Positions 47,451-55,816 of a stretch of 64,000 nt of DNA are shown here, in pieces. The position numbers and the translations under genes are program-made. A model generated the notes under the pieces. It saw only the letters and a program-made list of their open reading frames with translations, ran no database searches and was not told where the DNA came from. Position 1 is the first letter of the stretch. The number at the start of each line of letters is the position of its first letter. Origin of the DNA: Eubacteriales bacterium (GTDB lineage Bacteria > Bacillota > Clostridia > Oscillospirales > CAG-382); NCBI GenBank assembly GCA_045604705.1, contig JAZUOO010000021.1:3410-67409 (forward strand), in the 5' to 3' direction.

Positions 47451-48266
47451 TTAAAAATTCAAGTCATGCCTAACCTCTGCCTCATAGTAGTTATCAATAG
47501 TTGACGGAGCGTTAAAAAGGCTTGCAAGGAGATACTGTCTTATGTTTCGTATTTTGGTAGAGTTCTTTTTTAGACAGTCGAGGACATACTCGATATGCTC
47601 TGAGCGAAGTTTTAGAAGTTTATCCTTTACAAACTTTCTTGCATATTCATTGCCCGATATACGAACAGTTTCGGTTGTGCCGGAGACTGTTTCAGCGAGG
47701 ATATCCACAATTTCGTCAAGCTGTTCTTTGCGGTGATTTTTACAAAGGTAATTGTACTCTATATTTTCCTTTATCGCTTCACGGTTATGCTCGACATCAT
47801 TTACGGCAGGGATAGGATATGATTCGATACTTGATACATCAGTAATTGATGAATCAGTATTTGATATATTAGTATTTAATTGCGTTGGATTTTCCAACAT
47901 AGGCTTTTCCAATGTAGGTTTGTCCAGCATTGGATTTTCCAACGTAGGTTTTTCCAATGTAGGCTGGGTAGTCTGCGGACACTCGTAAATAACATATTCA
48001 TTTCCCGAAAGCTGTCCCTTTGAGTTTCTCGCTCGACCTCTTACTATGTAGCCTTCTCGCTCAAGCTCTCTAACAGCCTCTCTGATGGCGTCAATTCCTT
48101 CTTTGTTGATGTAGGCAAGTCCTTTTAATGAGAAGTCCCAATCGTCGTTTAAGGACAGCATTTGCGACAACAATCCCTTTGCTTTAAGCGACAGATTTTT
48201 ATTCCTCAAATGGTGGTTTGACATTACCGTATAATCTTTTGTTTTTTCTATCCTGAATACAGACAA
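47451..48266 (-). CDS. Rep-like winged-HTH protein (replication-initiator-type) with a pentapeptide-repeat linker
   Basis: The N-terminus YTVMSNHHLRNKNLSLKAKGLLSQMLSLNDDWDFSLKGLA..AIREAVRELEREGYI is typical of mobile-element initiator-like HTH proteins. The linker reads PTLEKPTLENPMLDKPTLEKPMLENP. Confidence 0.6.
   Translation of the reverse strand: MSVFRIEKTKDYTVMSNHHLRNKNLSLKAKGLLSQMLSLNDDWDFSLKGLAYINKEGIDAIREAVRELEREGYIVRGRARNSKGQLSGNEYVIYECPQTTQPTLEKPTLENPMLDKPTLEKPMLENPTQLNTNISNTDSSITDVSSIESYPIPAVNDVEHNREAIKENIEYNYLCKNHRKEQLDEIVDILAETVSGTTETVRISGNEYARKFVKDKLLKLRSEHIEYVLDCLKKNSTKIRNIRQYLLASLFNAPSTIDNYYEAEVRHDLNF
47889..47963. repeat. Five tandem 15-bp coding repeats (PTLEK/PMLEN units)
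   Basis: GATTTTCCAACATAG / GCTTTTCCAATGTAG / GTTTGTCCAGCATTG / GATTTTCCAACGTAG / GTTTTTCCAATGTAG. Confidence 0.8.
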
Positions 48267-48373
48267 ATAATTATCGCCTCCTTACTAACTCCAATGCTTT
48301 GTATGTTTAACTGTAACACCTCGAAACCTCAAATTGCACAAGCACAACTTCGCTCTCTTTTTTCTCCAAGGCA

Positions 48374-48481
48374 TCACCGATACTTGTTCTCATGTGGAGC
48401 TTTTTCGTACTGTTTTACCTCTGCGTAGGTGCAACCACAATTCTTGCAAGGGGATATGCCCCGAACCTCAAAATCGCACAT
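48374..48481 (-). CDS. Possible 35-aa Cys-rich small protein (MCDFEVRGISPCKNCGCTYAEVKQYEKAPHENKYR)
   Basis: Not in the ORF track because it is too short. The ATG is preceded by GGGAGGAG with spacing of about 9 nt. Four Cys residues, including CxxCxC. Confidence 0.35.
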   Translation of the reverse strand: MCDFEVRGISPCKNCGCTYAEVKQYEKAPHENKYR

Positions 48482-48589
48482 ATTTTGAGCCGATTTCTCC
48501 TCCCTCCGCAGTACCCTCCGACCAACTTGATTTTTTGAAAAATTCTAAGGTCTAAAACCCCTGATATACAAGGCTTTTCGGGGTGTCAG

Positions 48590-48658
48590 GACCAGGAGAA
48601 ATTGACTTTTTTATATAGCTTCAAAAACACATTTCAAAAAAGTACTTTTCTCCTGGTC
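48590..48658. repeat. Perfect 12-bp inverted repeat GACCAGGAGAAA / TTTCTCCTGGTC separated by 45 nt
   Basis: Read directly. It begins 14 nt beyond the toxin stop codon. Confidence 0.85.
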
Positions 48659-48671
48659 TTTTGCTTAAATT

Positions 48672-49025
48672 TCAAGAACAAATATGTATATCTATCACGG
48701 CTTTGCAATCACAATTTAAGTACTTACGTGCCTTCTCAAATGCTCGTAAATTATCCTTTTTATCGTGCTTGTAAAAACCATAGAGAAGTACAATATCTTT
48801 ATCCGAAAGTGTAAACAAAATCCTTGCCATATTGCCTGATGCCTTTGCTCGGAGCTCATACAGATCGTTGTATTTGCCGATTGAAACGTGTTTTACATAG
48901 GGTTCTGTCAGCGGATTTTTGTCGTCAGCAAGATACATAAGCACAAAGCCGATTTTCTTTCTTGTCTTATCGTCGGCTTCTTTCAAAAACTCCTTGACTG
49001 CATTACTCGCAAATATCTTTCTCAT
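48672..49025 (-). CDS. gp49/HigB-like (RelE/ParE superfamily) toxin, with no visible cognate antitoxin
   Basis: The pattern ..LYELRAKASGNMARILFTLSDKDIVLLYGFYKHDKK..FEKARKYL matches the phage gp49-like toxin family. ATG at 49025 lies behind GAGGAGG and overlaps the integrase 3' end. Confidence 0.65.
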   Translation of the reverse strand: MRKIFASNAVKEFLKEADDKTRKKIGFVLMYLADDKNPLTEPYVKHVSIGKYNDLYELRAKASGNMARILFTLSDKDIVLLYGFYKHDKKDNLRAFEKARKYLNCDCKAVIDIHICS

Positions 49026-50217
49026 TGTTTTCCTCCTCATTGTTAAACGCCGCAAAGCTTACAGCACTCTCCAAAGCCTGCCTTGCCATACCGCCCATTT
49101 TCTCTGTAATATGTGTGTAATAGCGGAGCGTAAATTCAAGTTTTGAATGTCCTAAAGTTTCCTGCACATATCTCGGGCTTATTCCGCTTTCTGCAAGAAC
49201 TGTTGCGTAGGTGTGCCGCAAATTGTGGAATTTGAACGGTATATCAAGGTCGGCTTTAAGTGTTCGTGACATAAACTTGACACTATTTGTGGTAAGCATT
49301 TCGCCGTTGACCTTGACATTTACAAAGTCTGTAATTTCCATCAGTTTTTCCTTGTTTCGCACAAGTCGTTCCGTCACAAAATTTCTCTTGTATCCGTCAC
49401 CGTAAAATGCCTTGCTTTCCTCTTGTTTAGATTTAAGGTTCTTAAGATAAGTACAGAAGCTGTCGGTGATGTTTACACTTCTGTATGCGTTGGTTGTTTT
49501 AAGAGGGCAGAAGCACCACTTTTTGTCCTGAAACAATAACTGCTTATGCACCTTGATTTTGCGGTTTTCAAAGTCAATATCGCTCCACTGAAGTCCGAAG
49601 ACCTCACTTTCACGAAGACCCGTGTTAAGTGCGATATAAAACGGCACGATAACATTAGTCCCCTGCAAACGTTGTTCCATTGCACGAAGCTCATCGGGCG
49701 TGTACGCTCTTATCTCGCCTTTGTGTCTTGGATCGGGCGGAGGTGTTATCTCGCAGAAAATGTCCTTTTTGAGATACTGCCGTTTGTGTGCGTAACCGAA
49801 AAGCACTTTCAAAAACTTATACAGACCCTTGACAAATTCATCGCTGAGATAAGTACGCTTTTCGTTGAGAAAGTCGTTTATCATATTTGCGTTAATCTGG
49901 TACATATAAAAGCTGCCGAACCGTTCTGCATAATGATTCTTGTAAAGCGACTTATAACGCACAATGGTTGCATAGGCTCTTGTTGCCGGGGCTTCGTTTT
50001 CGATAAATTCCGTGTAGACCTCGGTAAAGGTGATTTTCTTGTTCTCCACATAATCGCCCGTGTTGTTGTAGAGGTAGAGAACATCATTGAGAGCTTTTGC
50101 GGCTTCCTTTTTGGTTTTGTAACCGCTTCGCTCAATCTGATTTCTTTTGCCGCCTGCCGCACCGAACTCAACTCTGTACGACCAGGTAGCTCCCTTTTTT
50201 CTGATACTTCCTTGCAT
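49003..50217 (-). CDS. int: Tyrosine integrase (phage-integrase family)
   Basis: N-terminal arm-binding-type MQGSIRKKGATWSYRVEF. Catalytic TGLRESEV, HNLRHTYAT, LGHSKLEFTLRYYTH. Start at 50217 lies behind AGGAGG. Confidence 0.9.
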   Translation of the reverse strand: MQGSIRKKGATWSYRVEFGAAGGKRNQIERSGYKTKKEAAKALNDVLYLYNNTGDYVENKKITFTEVYTEFIENEAPATRAYATIVRYKSLYKNHYAERFGSFYMYQINANMINDFLNEKRTYLSDEFVKGLYKFLKVLFGYAHKRQYLKKDIFCEITPPPDPRHKGEIRAYTPDELRAMEQRLQGTNVIVPFYIALNTGLRESEVFGLQWSDIDFENRKIKVHKQLLFQDKKWCFCPLKTTNAYRSVNITDSFCTYLKNLKSKQEESKAFYGDGYKRNFVTERLVRNKEKLMEITDFVNVKVNGEMLTTNSVKFMSRTLKADLDIPFKFHNLRHTYATVLAESGISPRYVQETLGHSKLEFTLRYYTHITEKMGGMARQALESAVSFAAFNNEEENNEKDICE

Positions 50218-50437
50218 AAAAATATCCTCCTGAATTAAAAAATTAAATTGTGTGTTTTTAAGGGCAAAAATACCCCACAATTTTCACACCGATTTTATCA
50301 AATTAAAAACCCAAATCTTAATTTTTTGGCAAAAAATTTTCCCACGAAACGATTTTTTTACACCCCGAAAACCCTTATAGCAAGGGCGTTTCGAGAGATT
50401 CCGTGGGAAATTATTTTTTCGGGCGATTTTTCTCTCA

Positions 50438-50457
50438 TTTCCCACGGATTTCCCACG
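50438..50457 (+). repeat. TTTCCCACGGATTTCCCACG, candidate arm-type sites (integrase-proximal arm)
   Basis: Identical to 31111-31130. Further copies: TTCCCACG at 50339-50346 and an inverted CCGTGGGAAA at 50401-50410. Confidence 0.8.
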
Positions 50458-50475
50458 GGACAAAAAAATACATAT

Positions 50476-50521
50476 AAATAAAAAAGAAACACGACTATCT
50501 AAAATCAGATAATCGTGTTTC
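50476..50521 (-). terminator. Rho-independent terminator after rubrerythrin
   Basis: 14-bp stem GAAACACGA(C/T)TATC. The minus strand is followed by CTTTTTTATTT. Confidence 0.7.
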
Positions 50522-50615
50522 GTGATTATGAAATAAAGCTACGCTTTATTTATTAAAAAGCCTTATTTTAAGCCATTCTCAGAGGATATTTAACTTTATT
50601 TTTTCGTATCTAAAA

Positions 50616-51203
50616 TTAGTTAAAATATCTCTTTAGGAGACCCTCGAAGCCTTTTCCATGCCGAGCCTCGTCCCTCGCCATCTCATGCACAGTATCGTGA
50701 ATAGCATCAAGACCGTTTTTCTTAGCGCAAGCAGCAAGGTCAAACTTACCCTTTGTTGCACCGTACTCACAGTCAACTCTCCACTTAAGGTTGTCCTTTG
50801 TGGTAGCCTTCATGTTGGGCTCGAGATCCTCGCCGAGAAGCTCTGCAAACTTTGCTGCGTGCTCTGCTTCCTCGTATGCTGCCTTTTCCCAATAGAGACC
50901 TACTTCCGGATAACCCTCTCTGTGTGCGATTCTTGCCATGCAAAGGTACATACCTACCTCAGCGCACTCGCCGTTGAAGTTAGCCATAAGCTGTTCGAAT
51001 ATGTACTTCTTGTCTTCCTCGGAAATATCGGGATTGTTCTTTACTGTTTTTGCATATACGCCGTATTCGTGCTCAGCCGCAAGAGCTGCTCCCTCTTCCA
51101 TAATGTTAAACTTTTCAGCAGGAACCTTACATACGGGACACTTTTCGGGAGCTGCATCGCCCTCGTGAACATAACCGCAAACTGAACATACAAACTTTTT
51201 CAT
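50616..51203 (-). CDS. rbr: Reverse rubrerythrin (N-terminal rubredoxin-like domain plus diiron four-helix bundle)
   Basis: [17 protein letters not shown] at the N-terminus, then ExxH diiron motifs (EEAEHAAKF; RDEARHGKG). Confidence 0.9.
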   Translation of the reverse strand: MKKFVCSVCGYVHEGDAAPEKCPVCKVPAEKFNIMEEGAALAAEHEYGVYAKTVKNNPDISEEDKKYIFEQLMANFNGECAEVGMYLCMARIAHREGYPEVGLYWEKAAYEEAEHAAKFAELLGEDLEPNMKATTKDNLKWRVDCEYGATKGKFDLAACAKKNGLDAIHDTVHEMARDEARHGKGFEGLLKRYFN

Positions 51204-51261
51204 GATAACTTTCCTCCAAAATTCAATATAATTTTTTATATATTTTAGGTTTTTCCTTTAC

Positions 51262-51678
51262 CTACAGATTTTTACCCTCAAAGGTAACATTGGAAAGTTC
51301 TGCGACCAGCTTCTCGTTGATGTCCCGGTAAAGCCGGTGGAATCTGCATCCCTTGTGCTCTTTCCCTGTTCTTGAACAGTCGTATGTATCGGAAAGACAC
51401 CTTGAGATTTCAACCTTGCCCTCTATAGCCTCAATAACACGTGCAAGCGTTATCTCGCCCGGTCTCATAGCAAGTCTGTAACCGCCGTTGACGCCGATGG
51501 TGGAATGTATTATTCCCTTGTCCTTCAGAAGTCTTAGAACCTTCAATGTTGTGGGCTTCGGAACACAGGCAGCTTCGCCAATCGCCGAAGCTCCCATACT
51601 TGCAGTTCCACTCTGGGTACTGTCCGCAAGAACGGCTATCATTCTCACGGCATAATCGGTTTCAAGTGCAAAATGCAT
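51262..51678 (-). CDS. Rrf2-family transcriptional regulator (three-Cys, probably Fe-S sensing)
   Basis: The N-terminal wHTH ALETDYAVRMIAVLA is typical of Rrf2. Cys cluster C..C.......C (SRCLSDTYDCSRTGKEHKGC). Confidence 0.85.
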   Translation of the reverse strand: MHFALETDYAVRMIAVLADSTQSGTASMGASAIGEAACVPKPTTLKVLRLLKDKGIIHSTIGVNGGYRLAMRPGEITLARVIEAIEGKVEISRCLSDTYDCSRTGKEHKGCRFHRLYRDINEKLVAELSNVTFEGKNL

Positions 51679-51891
51679 ATCCGTTCCTCACTTTTGTTTC
51701 AATGTCTACCTTTTTGGTACACGTTTATTATATCACTTCTTTTTCAATTTGTCAAGGGGTTTCGCAAAATTTTTTTAACTTTTTTCAAAAAAGCGATGGA
51801 GCGAAAAATACCGCACATTATATGAAAAAATTACAATAAATCACCAAAAGCCATTAAAGCAACTTAATTGCAGAATTGAGAAATATGTTGC

Positions 51892-51925
51892 ATAAAAAAG
51901 GATGCACCGTCTTTGGTACATCCTT
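51892..51925 (-). terminator. Terminator after the PepSY gene
   Basis: AAGGATG / CATCCTT stem. The minus strand is followed by TTTTTTATG. Confidence 0.55.
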
Positions 51926-51954
51926 GAGGCTCAACAATTTGAAAAGCGTCCGTA

Positions 51955-52401
51955 TCAGTCAAAAATATCCCTTTCAAAGGAAAGAATTCTGCCGTCATCG
52001 GCTTTTATTTCCACGTCATATTCGGTAGAGTCTTTACTGAATTCAAGTTCATATTTCAATATGCCATCATCCCTGTCAAGCTCAACCCTGTCAAAGATAA
52101 CCTGGTTTGCCGTAAGTCCTGCTCTTTCAAGTGCAATTTCCTTAGCCTTATCCTCACCGATAAGCGGGACCTCGGGAGTATTTTGTACGGGCTTGAGTGT
52201 GTTATCGGTGTTTGTGGATGCGGAAGCGCCCTTGCCGACATCAAAACCGGCACCCGAAACCGCAGAGCCGTTATCCGTAAGACCGGTTTTTCCGTTATGA
52301 GTGCGGTTTCTGTTATCGTTTACAAAGGTTGCGGCGGCAATGCCTGCTCCCAGTCCCAATACAAGAATAGTGCTTGCAATAATGATTATAGTTTTTTTCA
52401 T
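51955..52401 (-). CDS. PepSY-domain protein, membrane-anchored or secreted
   Basis: N-terminal TM/signal helix. C-terminal IGEDKAKEIALERAGL..ELDRDDGILKYELEF..YDVEIKADDGRIL matches the PepSY fold pattern. Confidence 0.75.
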   Translation of the reverse strand: MKKTIIIIASTILVLGLGAGIAAATFVNDNRNRTHNGKTGLTDNGSAVSGAGFDVGKGASASTNTDNTLKPVQNTPEVPLIGEDKAKEIALERAGLTANQVIFDRVELDRDDGILKYELEFSKDSTEYDVEIKADDGRILSFERDIFD

Positions 52402-52546
52402 ATAATGTCATCTCCTTTTTATTTGAATTGTGTTTAAAGAATTATACTGTTTCCCGTGATATGGTTATATTACGAGTATATTCTTGACAGAAAGAAGCGG
52501 GATATGCTATAATGGGCAGAGAAATAAAACGAAAGGAATCCTGGAA

Positions 52547-53224
52547 ATGGAAAAAAAACAATTATCAGAGCTGTTTGCACAAGTATTTCCTTTTTGGAAC
52601 AATCTTTCGGAAAATGACAGAGGAACACTGCTGCGGAGCTCCCAAAAAATACACTTCGGAAAAGGAACTACCATACATGACGGCAGCGAATGTACCGGCG
52701 TAATTCTCATAAAAAACGGAAGCCTGCGGGCTTACATACTCTCGGAGGACGGCAAGGAAGTTACACTGTACCGCCTTTTTGCAGGTGATATGTGTATGCT
52801 TTCAGCCTCCTGTGTCCTTGAATCATTAACCTTTGACGTCTTTATAGATGCAGAGGAGGAAAGCGACTGCGTTGTGGTGGGCGGCTGTGCCTATGCGGAT
52901 ATGTCGGAAAGAATTCCCGAAGTGAAAATATTTGCCCTTGAAAGTGCGGTTTCGAGATTTTCCGATGTCATGTGGGTAATGCAGCAGATACTTTTCATGA
53001 GCTTTGACAAGCGTCTTGCAATATTTCTTCTTGACGAAAGCTCCAAAAACGGCAGTGATACAATAAAATTAACTCACGAGCAGATCGCAAAATACATAGG
53101 AACTGCCCGTGAGGTGGTAACAAGAATGCTTAAATATTTCGTATCCGAGGGATTTGTTACATCCTCAAGAAGTGAGGGAATAAAGCTCACGGATAAAGCG
53201 GGACTTCGCAAATTGGCACTTTAG
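52547..53224 (+). CDS. Crp/Fnr-family transcriptional regulator
   Basis: cNMP-binding-like beta roll (GVILIKNGSLRAYILSEDGKEVTLYRL) and a C-terminal HTH (THEQIAKYIGTAREVVTRMLKYF). Start taken as MEKKQ. Confidence 0.85.
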   Translation: MEKKQLSELFAQVFPFWNNLSENDRGTLLRSSQKIHFGKGTTIHDGSECTGVILIKNGSLRAYILSEDGKEVTLYRLFAGDMCMLSASCVLESLTFDVFIDAEEESDCVVVGGCAYADMSERIPEVKIFALESAVSRFSDVMWVMQQILFMSFDKRLAIFLLDESSKNGSDTIKLTHEQIAKYIGTAREVVTRMLKYFVSEGFVTSSRSEGIKLTDKAGLRKLAL

Positions 53225-53226
53225 TA

Positions 53227-53535
53227 TCAGCCGTCGATAAGTTCAAGTATTGCAGCCTTGGGTCTTGCGCCTGCGGATTTGTTGACAACCTCGCCGTTTT
53301 TAAGGATCACCAGCGTTGGAATGCTGAACACTCCGAAAAGACTTGCCAGCTCAGGCTCAGTGTCTACATTGATTTTGCCTACAGCGATGTCATTTCTCTC
53401 TTGGGCAATCTCATCAATGATAGGGGAAACCATACGACAAGGACCGCACCAGTCTGCGTAAAAGTCGAGAAGTACAGGCTTATTTCCGTTTTTTAAATCC
53501 TCAAAATTGTTTTTGTTAACATTGATAACTGACAT
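53227..53535 (-). CDS. trxA: Thioredoxin
   Basis: WCGPC active site, 102 aa. Confidence 0.95.
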   Translation of the reverse strand: MSVINVNKNNFEDLKNGNKPVLLDFYADWCGPCRMVSPIIDEIAQERNDIAVGKINVDTEPELASLFGVFSIPTLVILKNGEVVNKSAGARPKAAILELIDG

Positions 53536-53772
53536 AATTTCTACCTCCGTGAAAATGTAATTTCGTTAAATTAAATCCTTATGCAAAAGTGAATGCGACC
53601 GTATGAATTATTCTTTTGCCTTTTGTTTGCTTTGTGATTACATTATACCCGCGAAGACAAAATAAATCCGTGACTTTGTCACAAAAATAAAACTCCCTTA
53701 CTGCAAGGTTTTTCCGAGCCTTTTGCAAAAGGGAGTTCTTTTATTCTCGGCATCAATAATGGTGCTGCTTCT

Positions 53773-54669
53773 TCAGAATTTTTCCGTGCCGTCCTCACCG
53801 TTGCGATACTTTACCGGCGAAACTCCCGTCATCTTCTTAAAAGTCTTTCCGAAATGGGGAATATCGGTAAATCCCGTGGAAAAAGCTATCTCGCGTACGG
53901 ATATATTGCTTGAGCGCAACAGCTCCATTGCCATATTTATCCTGTAATTGACGATAAAGGCATGAATGGAGGTTCCCGAGTTTTTTTTGAATATCCTGTT
54001 CATATAGACCGGGTTCATATAAAAGGTCTGAGCAAGGCTCTCGTAGGAAATATCCTTGTCGTAATTGCTCTGGATATATTGAATAATGCTTCTTGTAAGT
54101 ACAAGTTCGCGATTGCTCTCATCGTCTCGTGTAATGTTTTTTTCGCGAATGATACTTATGATTACCGATTTGAGAATACTTGACAAAAGCTCATCGAGAC
54201 AATAATCGTTTACGACGTTGAATTCTGTGGTCATAAGCCGAAGTCTTGACTCCACCGAAACAAGATTTTCAATAACAATGGGGCTGCCCAGAATATCGCT
54301 GTCGGTAAAATAATGCTTTTCAAGAATATCATTCTCGGTGAACTTGTCCGAATGCATCGGATGAAAGGGCTTTACTATATGCTTGAAGTTGTGAGTGCAG
54401 TCAAAATTAAGAGCAATAAAATCTATCGCCACATCGCCCATGGGCTGCCATACATATTTTGTGCCTGCGCGGAACATCAGTGTACATCCGGGAGAAAGAC
54501 GGTATGTTACACCCTCGATGGTCATACTGCCTTTGCCGGAGATAATATAAAACAACCTGCAGTCCGAGCTCTGAAGCTCAAAAAACACATCTTCTTTTGT
54601 ATTGCAGCTGATATTTGTGACTATCGCCTGGCGAACAAAGGGACACAATTCCTCAAGCGTCATGTCCAT
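53773..54669 (-). CDS. AraC-family regulator, divergent from the GRE cluster
   Basis: Cupin-like N-terminus (RLFYIISGKGSMTIEGVTYRLSPG) and AraC HTH (SVREIAFSTGFTDIPHFGKTFKKMTGVSPVKYRN). Confidence 0.8.
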   Translation of the reverse strand: MDMTLEELCPFVRQAIVTNISCNTKEDVFFELQSSDCRLFYIISGKGSMTIEGVTYRLSPGCTLMFRAGTKYVWQPMGDVAIDFIALNFDCTHNFKHIVKPFHPMHSDKFTENDILEKHYFTDSDILGSPIVIENLVSVESRLRLMTTEFNVVNDYCLDELLSSILKSVIISIIREKNITRDDESNRELVLTRSIIQYIQSNYDKDISYESLAQTFYMNPVYMNRIFKKNSGTSIHAFIVNYRINMAMELLRSSNISVREIAFSTGFTDIPHFGKTFKKMTGVSPVKYRNGEDGTEKF

Positions 54670-54900
54670 ACTCCTTTCAATATCAATTTTACACATAGCT
54701 ATATAATTTTATGGTAACACATAAAAAAAGAATTGTCAATGGAATTTCGGGGATTTTTTTGTGTTTTCAAAAGAAGTTTTATGCATCTTAAAGTATGAAA
54801 AACACAATTCCAAGTTTCGATTCTACATTTACATAAACACTGCATGAATATATAATGAAAGTGTAAAGTAAGAATCATATTCCCCGAAAGGAGTCTGCAA

Positions 54901-55800
54901 ATGAAAACATACATTACGGATATTCAGCGTTTTTCTCTGCGTGACGGTGACGGAATAAGAACCTCCGTATTTTTTAAAGGCTGCAATATGAGCTGTCCCT
55001 GGTGTCACAATCCCGAAACATTAAAATCAGAGCCCGAGCTTATTTTCTATGCGACCAAATGTATAGGCTGCGGAAAATGCTTTGAGGTATGCCCGAATAA
55101 TGCCCATAAAATTGTCGGCGATAACCACATTGTAGACAAAACCCTTTGCACAAGCTGCGGTAAGTGTGTGGATGTCTGCTATGCGGGTGCTCTGAAAATG
55201 TGCGGCAAGGAAATGACCGTTGAAGAAATAATGAAAGAAGTCCGTCAGGACATTCCCTACTACAAGAACAGCGGCGGCGGTGTAACTCTTACCGGCGGTG
55301 AAGTTTTGTGCAACAAAGATTTTGCGATAGCTCTTGCCAAGGAGTGCCGCAAGGAAAATATAAGCGTTGCAATAGAATCCAACATAAGCTTTCCGTGGGA
55401 TTATTCAAAGGAACTGTTTGAACTCTGTGACCTTATTATGTGCGATATAAAAATATTTGACGATGCAAAGCACAAGGAAATGACGGGAATCTCAAATAAG
55501 AATGTCCTTGAAAACATAAAAATGCTTGATACCCTGGGCAAACCCGTAATCGTAAGAACTCCTCTTATTCCGGGAGCTACCGACGGCATGGAGAATCTTA
55601 TTGCAATTGCTTGTTACATAAAAGATTTAAAGAACCTTGTAAGATACGAAATACTTAACTTTAATCCGTTGGGTGAGGGTAAATACAAAGGACTTGACAA
55701 GGAAAACAAATACATTGATGCACGTCCGGAGAAGAACGATAAGCTCGAAGCAATACTTGCACAGCTTTCAAAAACAGGCGTTACCGTCAAAATAATATAA
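54901..55800 (+). CDS. Glycyl-radical-enzyme activating enzyme (radical SAM with two auxiliary ferredoxin-like clusters)
   Basis: CNMSCPWCHNPE (CX3CX2C), plus CIGCGKCFEVCP and CTSCGKCVDVC. Confidence 0.9.
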   Translation: MKTYITDIQRFSLRDGDGIRTSVFFKGCNMSCPWCHNPETLKSEPELIFYATKCIGCGKCFEVCPNNAHKIVGDNHIVDKTLCTSCGKCVDVCYAGALKMCGKEMTVEEIMKEVRQDIPYYKNSGGGVTLTGGEVLCNKDFAIALAKECRKENISVAIESNISFPWDYSKELFELCDLIMCDIKIFDDAKHKEMTGISNKNVLENIKMLDTLGKPVIVRTPLIPGATDGMENLIAIACYIKDLKNLVRYEILNFNPLGEGKYKGLDKENKYIDARPEKNDKLEAILAQLSKTGVTVKII

Positions 55801-55816
55801 GAGAGGAGAGACTGCA

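Larger units (their letters stand above)
31044..50675. mobile_element. Integrative genomic island of about 19.6 kb inserted in the 3' end of reverse rubrerythrin (ends uncertain by about +/-30 bp)
   Basis: A tyrosine integrase sits at one end next to the intact target gene, and the displaced gene tail sits at the other. TTCCCACGG repeats occur on both arms. The island holds mobility genes (2 recombinases, Rep-like, sigma/Xis-like pair, toxin) and blocks that are visibly more AT-rich than the flanks. Confidence 0.7.

Noticed and set aside
47889-47963. 15-bp tandem repeats inside the Rep-like gene, considered as replication iterons.
   Set aside because: They are in frame and encode a PTLEK/PMLEN linker. 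Without an adjacent AT-rich origin or non-coding copies, the coding-repeat explanation is sufficient.
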